A DNA stretch of 64,000 nucleotides from Macrostomum lignano (lineage: Eukaryota): the NCBI GenBank assembly GCA_002269645.1, contig NIVC01002768.1:78180-142179 (forward strand). The letters run 5' to 3'. Numbering within the stretch: position 1 is the stretch's first letter; each line of letters opens with the position of its first letter. This document shows positions 35,605 through 55,438 of this stretch, piece after piece. The notes below the pieces were generated by a model. It had not been told where the DNA came from. It did not search any database and saw only the letters and a program-made list of their open reading frames with translations. The translations under genes were made by a program, and so were the position numbers.

Positions 35605-37829
35605 CTAAGTCCTGGGCTGCTTTCTCTTGGCAGGATGCGCCCCATTGTAGATGAAGCCGATCTGCACCAGCGCTGCCCGGTCGTCAAGGCCGGCAGGGCC
35701 GTCGGCAGCCGGTGGCCTCCCAACCAGCAGCTCGTAGCAGTCGGTAGGGAAAATCAGCGCCCCACCAGGCGCCAAGTCGATCGGCGCCGACTGGGGCGGT
35801 TTGTCGCCGTCGCAGCAGGCGGCCTTCGGAGCCAGTCGGGCCGTCAGGCGGCCGCTGAGCGGCAGGGCGAAGGCAAGCTGGCGCCTCTCGGCGAAGTCGC
35901 CAGCCGAGAACAGGCGGCCAGGTGGCAAGGCGCGGCCGGCCAGCAGCAGCGAGACGGCGCCCATTCGCTCTGTGCGCTGGCCGAAGTAGCGCGGCCGGGG
36001 CACCAGCCGGCGGAGGGCTCGAATGGCCGACAGGTGATGAAAAGACCACAGCAGCACCTGAACGGCGGGTTAAATAATTATGTCATTAGAATGGGGTCAC
36101 TGAAGGCGAAGGATGGTCACTGAAGGCGAACGATGGTCACTGAAGGCGAAGGATGGTCACTGAAGGCGAAGGATGGTCACTGAAGGCGAAGGATGGTCAC
36201 TGAAGGCGAAGGATGGTCACTGAAGGCGAAGGATGGTCACTGAAGGCGAAGGATGGTCACTGAAGGCGAAGGATGGTCACTGAAGGCGAAGGATGGTCAC
36301 TGAAGGCGAAGGATGGTCACTGAAGGCGAAGGATGGTCACTGAAGGAGAAGGGAGGTCACTGAAAGAGAAGGGAAGTCACTGAAGGAGAAGGGAGGTCAC
36401 TGAAAGAGAAGGGAAGTCACTGAAAGAGAAGGGAAGTCACTGAAAGAGAAGGGAAGTCACTGAAGGAGAAGGGAAGTCACTGAAAGAGAAGGGAAGTCAC
36501 TGAAGGAGAAGGGAAGTCACTGAAAGAGAAGGGAGGTCACTGAAGGAGAAGGGAGGTCACTGAAAGAGAAGGGAGATCACTGAAAGAGAAGGGAGGTCAC
36601 TGAAAGAGAAGGGAGATCACTGAAAGAGAAGGGAGGTCACTGAAAGAGAAGGGAGGTCACTGAAGGAGAAGGGAGATCACTGAAAGAGAAGAGAGGTCAC
36701 TGAAAGAGAAGGGAGATCACTGAAGGAGAAGGGAGATCACTGAAAGAGAAGGGAGATCACTGAAGGAGAAGGGAGATCACTGAAGGAGAAGGGAGATCAC
36801 TGAAAGAGAAGAGAGGTCACTGAAAGAGAAGGGAGATCACTGAAGGAGAAGGGAGATCACTGAAAGAGAAGGGAGATCACTGAAAGAGAAGGGAGATCAC
36901 TGAAGGAGAAGGGAGATCACTGAAAGAGAAGGGAGATCACTGAAAGAGAAGGGAAGTCACTTAAAGAGAAGGGAGGTCACTGAAAGAGAAGGGAGATCAC
37001 TGAAGGAGAGAAATGCACAGCAGAACTGGGCAGAGAATCATAAATGCAGCTGACTCACCTGTCCGGGCGGCGGCAGCTCAGCCCGTGCAGGCCCCGATTC
37101 CCGAGCCGGGAACAGGTCCTTGAAGCATCGCACAGTCGACTGGCCCAAATCAACGGAACGCCCTTCCTGGTACATCGGCAGCGTCTCGAGCTGGTTGCCG
37201 CCTCGCTCGAAATCCGGCCGATTCTCGGCCACAAAGCTGGCCAGCGCGGCGAAATCAACCTCCGCCTCGTCCGACGGCCACCGCGGCATCGCCGGAGTGC
37301 CAGCCACCTGGAAGGGCTTCACCACCCGGCTGTACAGCGAGTCGATGAGCTGGGCGACTGCCGTCAGGTTGGCCTGATCGACGCGCACCCGGGTGACGGC
37401 CGGCTGGCCACAGCCGCAGCAGAGCGGCTGCGGTCGCCTGTTGAATGGGTTCGCCAGCAGGCAGCCGCCCAGATTGCGCCCGGCCTCGGTGTCGTAGAGC
37501 CGCAGCGAATGCGACACCCGCCGGAACAGCTTCTGCACGTACAGGTCGGAGGCGGCCAGCCAAGCGGTGCTCTGCGTGGCGTAGCCGCCGGCCACGAGCT
37601 CGAGGCTCAGCGTGAGCAGCAGGGCCGCTGCGGCCGTCAGGCACAGGAGCAGCCGGCCGGTCCACCGCATGCAGGTCCAGCGCTTCTGGCCATCGCCAGT
37701 GTTGAACCTTCTGGCCAGGCTGCGCAACTGCGCGCTGCTCAGCCGGTCCAGGCTGGCTCGGTGGCGGTCGAGCAGCTGATCGATTTGCTGCTCCAAATGC
37801 CGCTTGTCAGTGGCTTCCGTGTTGCTCAT
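35605..37829 (-). CDS. C6orf89/BRAP-like type II membrane protein, paralog A (407 aa)
   Basis: Exons 37829-37059 (CAG|GTGAGT) and 36057-35605 (TTCAG|GTG), phase 0. TM segment, CLLANPF..LCCGC, WSFHHLSAIRALRRLVPRP, ACC and P..CY motifs shared with paralog B. Confidence 0.72.
36095..37008. repeat. 20-bp minisatellite filling the paralog-A intron
   Basis: GTCACTGAAGGCGAAGGATG grading into (G/A)TCACTGAAAGAGAAGGGAG, about 45 copies. Confidence 0.95.
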
Positions 37830-38169
37830 TGCTGCCGCATGCAGGTGTGTCTTCTTGGCTTAGCTGACTTAATTAGCTGTTCGTATTCTCCTGCACAGCA
37901 TGGGCTTTTATATGCGCACGCATAGGCTTGTCTCTGTCTCTCTCCACTATTGTCTGTATTGTACAGGCAATACAAGACATTGCTGGCCAGCCTGGCCTCA
38001 CGTGTCGAGCATCGCATGCAGGGTGTACAATGGAATAAAAAGCACGATGCAATGCGCTTTACGAGCTGTATATTTGATAAAGTCTCTATCTTTTTTTCGT
38101 ACTCGTACATTCCATACACAGAACTGTGAATTATTGAATAATTGTAGGATTAGTATTCCCAGACACAAA

Positions 38170-41100
38170 GATCATTCTGTCCCAGATTGCACACGGAGCG
38201 GAACCAGATGGAAGACAATCTCTGTCACAGTTTGCACACGGAGTGGATCCAGATGGAAGACAATCTCTGTCCCATATTGCACACGGAGCAGAACCAGATG
38301 GAAGACAATCTCTGTCCCATATTGCACACGGAGCAGATCCAGATGGAAGACAATCTCTGTCCCGGTTTGCACACGGAGCGGATCCAGATGGAAGACAATC
38401 TCTGTCCCAGATTGCACACGGAGTGGATCCAGATGGAAGACAATCTCTGTCCCAGATTGCACACGGAGCAGAACCAGATGGAAGACAATCTCTGTCCCAG
38501 TTTGCACACGGAGCAGAACCAGATGGAAGACAATCTCTGTCCCATATTGCACACGGAGCAGAACCAGATGGAAGACAATCTCTGTCCCATATTGCACACG
38601 GAGCAGAACCAGATGGAAGACATTCTCTGTCCCAGTTTGCACACGGAGTGGATCCAGATGGAAGACAATCTCTGTCCCAGATTGCACACGGAGCGGAACC
38701 AGATGGAAGACATTCTCTGTCCCAGTTTGCACACGGAGCAGAACCAGATGGAAGACATTCTCTGTCCCAGTTTGCACACGGAGCAGAACCAGATGGAAGA
38801 CAATCTCTGTCCCGGTTTGCACACGGAGTGGATCCAGATGGAAGACAATCTCTGTCCCAGTTTGCACACGGAGTGGATCCAGATGGAAGACAATCTCTGT
38901 CCCATATTGCACACGGAGCAGAACCAGATGGAAGACATTCTCTGTCCCAGTTTGCACACGGAGTGGATCCAGATGGAAGACAATCTCTGTCCCAGATTGC
39001 ACACGGAGCGGAACCAGATGGAAGACATTCTCTGTCCCAGTTTGCACACGGAGCAGAACCAGATGGAAGACATTCTCTGTCCCAGTTTGCACACGGAGCA
39101 GAACCAGATGGAAGACAATCTCTGTCCCATATTGCACACGGAGTGGATCCAGATGGAAGACAATCTCTGTCCCGGTTTGCACACGGAGTGGATCCAGATG
39201 GAAGACAATCTCTGTCCCAGATTGCACACGGAGTGGATCCAGATGGAAGACAATCTCTGTCCCAGATTGCACACGGAGTGGATCCAGATGGAAGACAATC
39301 TCTGTCACAGTTTGCACACGGAGCAGAACCAGATGGAAGACAATCTCTGTCCCATATTGCACACGGAGTGGATCCAGATGGAAGACAATCTCTGTCCCGG
39401 TTTGCACACGGAGTGGATCCAGATGGAAGACAATCTCTGTCCCAGATTGCACACGGAGCAGAACCAGATGGAAGACAATCTCTGTCTCAGATTGCACACG
39501 GAGCGGAACCAGATGGAAGACAATCTCTGTCCCAGATTGCACACGGAGCAGAACCAGATGGAAGACAATCTCTGTCTCAGATTGCACACGGAGCGGAACC
39601 AGATGGAAGACAATCTCTGTCCCAGATTGCACACGGAGCAGAACCAGATGGAAGACAATCTCTGTCCCAGATTGCACACGGAGCAGAACCAGATGGAAGA
39701 CAATCTCTGTCTCAGATTGCACACGGAGCAGAACCAGATGGAAGACAATCTCTGTCACAGTTTGCACACGGAGCAGAACCAGATGGAAGACAATCTCTGT
39801 CACAGTTTGCACACGGAGCGGAACCAGATGGAAGACAATCTCTGTCACAGTTTGCACACGGAGCAGAACCAGATGGAAGACAATCTCTGTCCCAGATTGC
39901 ACACGGAGTGGATCCAGATGGAAGACAATCTCTGTCCCAGATTGCACACGGAGCAGAACCAGATGGAAGACAATCTCTGTCTCAGATTGCACACGGAGCG
40001 GAACCAGATGGAAGACAATCTCTGTCCCAGATTGCACACGGAGCAGAACCAGATGGAAGACAATCTCTGTCTCAGATTGCACACGGAGCGGAACCAGATG
40101 GAAGACAATCTCTGTCCCAGATTGCACACGGAGCAGAACCAGATGGAAGACAATCTCTGTCACAGTTTGCACACGGAGCAGAACCAGATGGAAGACAATC
40201 TCTGTCACAGTTTGCACACGGAGCGGAACCAGATGGAAGACAATCTCTGTCACAGTTTGCACACGGAGCAGAACCAGATGGAAGACAATCTCTGTCTCAG
40301 ATTGCACACGGAGCGGAACCAGATGGAAGACAATCTCTGTCCCAGATTGCACACGGAGCAGAACCAGATGGAAGACAATCTCTGTCTCAGATTGCACACG
40401 GAGCGGAACCAGATGGAAGACAATCTCTGTCCCAGATTGCACACGGAGCAGAACCAGATGGAAGACAATCTCTGTCACAGTTTGCACACGGAGCAGAACC
40501 AGATGGAAGACAATCTCTGTCTCAGATTGCACACGGAGCGGAACCAGATGGAAGACAATCTCTGTCCCAGATTGTACACGGAGCAGAACCAGATGGAAGA
40601 CAATCTCTGTCACAGTTTGCACACGGAGCAGAACCAGATGGAAGACAATCTCTGTCCCAGATTGCACACGGGAGCAGAACCAGATGGAAGACAATCTCTG
40701 TCTCAGATTGCACACGGAGCAGAACCAGATGGAAGACAATCTCTGTCACAGTTTGCACATGGAGCAGAACCAGATGGAAGACAATCTCTGTCCCAGATTG
40801 CACACGGGAGCAGAACCAGATGGAAGACAATCTCTGTCTCAGATTGCACACGGAGCAGAACCAGATGGAAGACAATCTCTGTCCCATATTGCACACGGAG
40901 TGGATCCAGATGGAAGACAATCTCTGTCCCAGTTTGCACACGGAGTGGATCCAGATGGAAGACAATCTCTGTCCCATATTGCACACGGAGCGGATCCAGA
41001 TGGAAGACAATCTCTGTCCCGGTTTGCACACGGAGTGGATCCAGATGGAAGACAATCTCTGTCCCAGATTGCACACGGAGTGGATCCAGATGGAAGACAA

Positions 41101-41800
41101 TCTCTGTCCCGGTTTGCACACGGAGTGGATCCAGATGGAAGACAATCTCTGTCTCAGTTTGCACACGGAGCGGATCCAGATGGAAGACATTCTCTGTCCC
41201 AGTTTGCACACGGAGCGGATCCAGATGGAAGACATTCTCTGTCCCAGTTTGCACACGGAGCGGATCCAGATGGAAGACAATCTCTGTCTCAGTTTGCACA
41301 CGGAGTGGATCCAGATGGAAGACAATCTCTGTCTCAGTTTGCACACGGAGCGGATCCAGATGGAAGACATTCTCTGTCCCAGTTTGCACACGGAGCGGAT
41401 CCAGATGGAAGACATTCTCTGTCTCAGTTTGCACACGGAGCGGATCCAGATGGAAGACATTCTCTGTCCCAGTTTGCACACGGAGCGGATCCAGATGGAA
41501 GACAATCTCTGTCTCAGTTTGCACACGGAGCGGATCCAGATGGAAGACATTCTCTGTCCCAGTTTGCACACGGAGCGGATCCAGATGGAAGACATTCTCT
41601 GTCTCAGTTTGCACACGGAGCGGATCCAGATGGAAGACATTCTCTGTCTCAGTTTGCACACGGAGCGGATCCAGATGGAAGACAATCTCTGTCCCAGATT
41701 GCACACGGAGCGGATCCAGATGGAAGACAATCTCTGTCCCGGATTGCACACGGAGCGGATCCAGATGGAAGACATTCTCTGTCCCAGTTTGCACACGGAG
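38170..41800. repeat. 45-bp satellite, about 80 copies
   Basis: Unit CAGATGGAAGACAATCTCTGTCCCAGATTGCACACGGAGCAGAAC with regional variants. Source of the 1200-1300 aa artefact ORFs. Confidence 0.97.
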
Positions 41801-42123
41801 CGTGGAACTATTGATAAGTTCGCACGGATCAGAAAAAATCTTAAATACTCGAACGTTTTTTATTATGAGTGCATTTATATACCACTAAATATTCAGTTAT
41901 AATTAGTAAAGACTGCACAGACGACTATCTCTTCCCAATAGCCTCATGCTATCCGTATTTGAGTTGAGTACATTATTAAGCAATGCAAAATTAGATGACT
42001 AAGCCGTAGATCTTTCTACTTAAGCAATGAGATGACTTATTTGACAACAATGTTCTCCAAAAAAGTTTTGTTGATACTCAATCAGTAGACAAGAACAGTT
42101 CACCATACCCCCAAGTCAAGGAA

Positions 42124-42477
42124 TTAATGAGCCACCACGTGCATCGCCTGCCGACCGTGGCACCTGTGCAGCTCGTACTGCCGATGCTGGTGATGGTGCA
42201 GCGGCGGCAGCAGATGCCGCAGGGCCTGCCCGACGCCGACAAGACTCCAGCCCTTCTTGGCGTTGATAGCGGCCGCCCCATCAACTTCTTCGACGGGAGC
42301 TCCGGGCGGCGGCGCATCAGCCTTGGCGCCTTCCACATCCTCAACTCCGGGATGGCTGCCTCTGGACTCCTCCGCCTGCTCCTCTTCCTCCTCCTCGTCC
42401 TCCGTTGTTTCCAGTTGGACGATCGCAAACGTTCGCACTGTCACAACATCGGAGAAGTGCACATGTATATTCTTCAT
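42124..42477 (-). CDS. Small acidic protein with an N-terminal RVxF-like motif (117 aa), unknown family
   Basis: MKNIHVHFSDVVTVRTF followed by poly-Glu; GC-rich like the exons here; TATAAAAA at 42592-42585; AATAAA at 41864-41859. Confidence 0.5.
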   Translation of the reverse strand: MKNIHVHFSDVVTVRTFAIVQLETTEDEEEEEEQAEESRGSHPGVEDVEGAKADAPPPGAPVEEVDGAAAINAKKGWSLVGVGQALRHLLPPLHHHQHRQYELHRCHGRQAMHVVAH

Positions 42478-43004
42478 CACCTGCTTCTCCTCCTAGGTCG
42501 AATTCGCCCCGTGGTCAGCGGCAGCTTGACTTTTTCACTGAATTGAATGAGCTGTCTGGCTCCTAGTCAAGCAAGAAAATGTCTTTTTTATACAGGCGGC
42601 CAAACTAGTTTGAAGCGCTGATGCGGAAAATGAAAGTCTGTTGAGCATGATTGATAAGGGAGGGCTAACGCCGGCTACCAAAGTCAGGTGGACCCCCGCT
42701 TCTAATCAGAGCGAAATTATGCATACGGGCACAGATTGACAAAATGCAAACATTCCAGGTTAGAAACTCAATACCGGTGCCTGCGGCCCTGTGACAATTC
42801 TAGGTCAATTTATCTGGCTGGAAGGTTGCAGCTGTTGGGTACGTGAAAGGGCAAATACATATAGCAGATAAGTGTAGTTCCTAATGACCTCAGCAAGCTG
42901 CATGTACACTTTGCGCACAACTCAAAATTCAGTGAAATAGAAAGATTTAATTCCATGATTTCGTTACTTCAATAGAATACCCAGAGTGGTGACACAATGT
43001 ATTC

Positions 43005-43685
43005 ACTGCAATATCCAAGTGAGTCAGTGACTCAGTTCATTCACTGCAATATCCAAGTGAGTGACTCAGTTCATTCACTGCAATATCCAAGTGAGTGACT
43101 CAGTGCATTCACTGCAATATCCAAGTGAGTGACTCAGTGCATTCACTGCAATATCCAAGTGAGTGACTCAGTTCATTCACTGCAATATCCAAGTGAGTGA
43201 CTCAGTTCATTCACTGCAATATCCAAGTGAGTGACTCAGTTCATTCACTGCAATATCCAAGTGAGTCAGTGACTCAGTTCATTCACTGCAATATCCCAGT
43301 GAGTGACTCAGTTCATTCACTGCAATATCCAAGTGAGTGACTCAGTTCATTCACTGCAATATCCAAGTGAGTGACTCAGTGCATTCACTGCAATATCCAA
43401 GTGAGTGACTCAGTTCATTCACTGCAATATCCAAGTGAGTGACTCAGTTCATTCACTGCAGTATCCTAGTGAGTGACTCAGTTCATTCACTGCAATATCC
43501 AAGTGAGTGACTCAGTGCATTCACTGCAATATCCAAGTGAGTGACTCAGTTCATTCACTGCAATATCCAAGTGAGTGACTCAGTTCATTCACTGCAGTAT
43601 CCAAGTGAGTGACTCAGTTCATTCACTGCAGTATCCAAGTGAGTGACTCAGTTCATTCACTGCAATATCCAAGTGAGTGACTCAC
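43005..43685. repeat. 34-bp minisatellite
   Basis: TTCATTCACTGCAATATCCAAGTGAGTGACTCAG, about 20 copies. Confidence 0.95.
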
Positions 43686-44094
43686 TGATAACAACTATAC
43701 AAGTACGGAACGAAAAAATGATAAAGATCGTAGCTCCGAGTCAGCAATTAAAAATCAATACACCGGATCCGGGTAGTGAATAATAATAAAGGAAAAATTT
43801 CGAAACTGGTTTTTATTGAGCAAAAGCGCATCATTTTTCATTAATTGACGAGAAAAACTGTTTTATAGACTACTTGTTAGCGTAAGTGCGATAATACGAA
43901 TTTTAATTAAAAATCAATTGTCCAATTTAAAAAATTATTGAGAGGCGCTTGATTTTCGTTTTGAAAATTTCCTAATTGAAAACTAATTTTTTTTCAGAAT
44001 GTTACGTCACACAACTCTACTGTTAGTAGGCGAGTAAAGTGTTTTTTATGCCCGACGAAAACAGCATCAGCAATCTTAGACTGATATAAATATT

Positions 44095-51579
<7,485 letters not shown>

Positions 51580-54500
51580 GATTGGCTGATAAAATTAGCA
51601 CAATTTGGTATAGATTAATTCACTTTAGTAGACTTGAAAAAATTGAGAAATTAGCATTGGAAAAGAAATGGTAAGACAGTTAAATCATAGGTCTAGTTAT
51701 TATTATTAGCACCATCATTGTTAGGAAGATTAAACTTCATAGCATAGGCCTAGTGGGCTTCAAACTTCAAGGGTATAGTTTTAATTTTCTCTCTTTGATT
51801 ACAAAATTATTCAATTTTAACTTTTTGTAATTCAAAAGCACTTTTGTAATTAAATATTATTATACATTTTTTTATCAAATGCTATATAACATTATTTTAT
51901 ATTCATTTAGCTTAGGCCTACCTTTGAAACTTATTAGTCATAAAATTAAAAAATATATGAAATGATATTTTGTTGACTGTTTAAAAATAATCATGTACTT
52001 ATAATAATAATAAACATTTTAAACTAAAAAATAAATCAAAAGATTTTCAATACTTTTGTCCATTGACTTACTTATATTAAATATAATTCTTTTATGAGTA
52101 TTTTAAATCTAAAATATTGCATAAGATACTATATTTAAACATAATAACTATGCATAGCATATATGTATTTAATAATCAATTAATTATATATCAATTTATA
52201 TTACTTGAATACATATAACTAAAAAAGGACTGAATAGTTGTTACCAATATACCTATATAAAACTTCATTCTTATAGCTATTGGTACAAAAATAGTCATTT
52301 TAGAAGAATGTATCTATAGACTATACTGTGGTTTTGCCTATGTCATGACTATATTAGTAAAAAGTATAAAGATAATATCTATTAATAAAAAATACTATAT
52401 TAATCATGGCAGAATACTATACTAATGCTAATACTAATTTCTTACCACTATAATTATAGCTTATACTATACAAAAAATACTTTTATACAATAATTCAGGA
52501 TTTTTATACACTAGTTGTGAAGTCATAGTGGTAGGCTTAAGGGGTGCTACAAATTGATGTATCTATATGCAATGCATAGCTATAAGTTTTTAAGCTAGAT
52601 ACTATAACTAAGATACAATTTAACAAGGATTGTCACTTTTCAAGCATATTATGATATATGCTATTTTGCATTGCTCCATTTATTTTATTTGCTAAGTATC
52701 CTTTGATACAGCTCTTTTACTTCATCTTCATTATTAAGTACCAATATTCCCTAGAAAAGAGAAAAGTTCCTGATAAAGGCTTTCCACTGACCACTCCAAA
52801 TTGGTATTTCTGGACTACCTTTTCGGAATAGATAATTTAGTGTATACTATAAACTTAAGATGAAAACAAAAAAAACAAAAGTGAAAAGTGCTGGTGAAAA
52901 TTAACATACAAAGGATACATTAATGAGAAATCAAACCCTCCTGGCCTCAGTCAGGAGGGTTTCAACAACTAAAAAACAACTAATCTGACCGTTGATTTCG
53001 CAGAAAATTTTACAATCAAAGCAATTTATTTTAACTTTAATTACAAAGAAAAACAAATTTTATTTGATGCGAGGATACAAGTATGGAGCGGTTAATATCT
53101 ACGTAAGACACCCTTTTAAGCAAAAAAACTTTTTTGTCTGTTTATAGATATTTATAACTGTTTTTGCTCTGTAATTGTAAATTAATGAGTAGTTGTATTA
53201 TAATACGGATGTTGACATGAAGCAGACAAAATCGAACCGAGGACCACTGTCTACTATATACAGCAGTATATACTACATGTAAACTACATATATACTGTAC
53301 ATAGTATGTTACTATTTATGTAACTACTACTGTATGCAGTGGTGGCCTTATGTTTAGATTTTGTCTTGCTTCTTGAACATATGTTATTGACTCGAAGACA
53401 ATACTGTATATTTGCCATCTAACTTTGTTGATTTACCCACAGAAACGGACCTGTAGTGTGGGTGAATTGATTAATTCATGGAAAACGAAGCTTACTTTCT
53501 GAAAGTAGTTGTACATACGAATTTCAAATGATCGACATTTCGAAAAGGCGCATATTTATGCATCTTATTACTTGTATGCATGTACATGTACGTATATGTA
53601 TGTAAAACAGAAGCTTTAAAATCGTGATCATGTCCTGACTCCGCCCGCCTAGTTGGGCCTACTTGGAACTGTGTTAATGAATTGCTAAGATGCCACTTTG
53701 AGTTAGCTACACGTACATGTACATCGACATGTACATGCATAAATTTACCATGCGCGCAGTTCTTGTACTTCAATTACATGTAAAAATTTTCGTACATGTA
53801 CATTTCGATGCAAGACCAACGATTGCCCATAGTAACACTTAGAAGCACTCAAATAAACACTGGAAGGGTTCTCTGTAAAGAGAAAGTCATTTGCCTTCAA
53901 TTACATGTATGGTCGCACAGTTTATGTCAGGCAGTAAGCCAAAAGCGCCACCAGATTCGAGTCATGCATCTGATGGTACATTCGATCAATTGTCAAACAA
54001 AAGACATGACTAAACTGTTGAAAATCGATTTGGCCTACTTTAGTTAGTAGCAAGAAGAGATCATTTTTAATCGTTACATGTACATTTAAGCATTACATGT
54101 ACATGTACATGTAGTAAAACCATTAACTTTTTGTTTCCTAATTTTAGTGTAATAACCGTAAATTTCAGGTCAAAACCGCTTTCCATTAAGCTAAAGTTAC
54201 TGTTTTATGAAATACATGATCAGCAGCTGATCTGCATGCATGTGTTATACAGTGTCCGGCCCCCTCCACTGACGTATCTCCAAGCCATCGCTGGCACACG
54301 TCAGATGCGGTGAAAATTGGCTTATGTCAATTTTAGCGAGCTAAGTTTGAAACGGAAGGCTAACACTGTGATGGTAGAGAGATGCGTCAGCAAAACATAT
54401 ATTTGTAAAATGCAATTCAGCATTAAAATTTTCAAGCACGCGCTAAAACTAAATAAATTTGTTATTATTCAATTTCTGAATTTCTGCTTTTGAATTTGTT

Positions 54501-55438
54501 TTGCTCGCGGGACTTTGAATAGTTTTGGCACTGAGCACGCGATAGTTTTGGCAATAGGAAACACCCTGAAGGTTCAGCTCGGGTCAGTGCTTGAGTTGCA
54601 ACTTTTCGCGCGACTGTTATTTTCTGCCACGCTTATCGCAAATTTACCAAAATAGCCTATGAAAGCTTTTGAGAGCGCTTCTATATCACGTGTCGAACTT
54701 GCAGGGTTGAACTTAGCATCCAACGTATATGGTAGGCCGTGTTCCCTGAAATATTCACATTTATAACTTTAAACTCTTCCTTCTACTCTCAGTAGACTGG
54801 TTGAATGCATCTATCCAAACTTATCTTCCAAAAGTTTAGCAAGGCAAGGAGGGGAAGAGGCGGGGTTGGGAAGGCCTGGAGGCGACCGATAATTGGTCGA
54901 TATGCTCTGAGCAATGGCACAGGAGCTGGGGCGGACAGAGAGGCGGCCGCGAGGGGCTGCTAAAGGGTAAGAAACACAAGGCGCTCCTACCCGACTCTCT
55001 CACTTGTTCTGCTCCGGCATCTCAGTTCAGCTCAAGGCCTCTCTCTCTCTCTCCTTGCTACTCTCTTACTTCTGTCCCGCTTCCCTGCCTCTCCAACTCG
55101 CAGGCCTCTGAACCAGCAGAGAATTAGGAAACTCACACTTCAGTAGACTCTCCCCTCTGTTTCTGTCGCTCTCGTCCACTTCGCTCCCTCCGCCCTGACC
55201 ACTCGTGCCGCCTTCAGTCGGCCGGCCTAAAAGTTTCGCTCGTTTCTCCCACGTCCCAACGTCTCTCGACGTGCACAGTTTGCTCTCTCTGTCTCCCTCC
55301 CCTTCAATTCTCCTTTAGTTTCCAGCTCTTCCCCGCACTCCTCCAAGAAATAAGATAGGAGCAACAACAGACTGGAAAAGTGCATCGACAAAAGTCCTCT
55401 TCCCGAAGGAAACACGTACTATTGAACATTGACGAAAG

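Noticed and set aside
37900-41902. ORFs of 1200-1300 aa, with the consensus unit stop-free in all six frames
   Set aside because: All frames being open is a property of the 45-bp unit. Frames swap at single-base insertions, and with about 20 arrays in the window one stop-free unit is not surprising.
53270-54120. Cluster of TACATGTA palindromes
   Set aside because: Looks like low-complexity (TACATG)n-type decay with no ordered structure.
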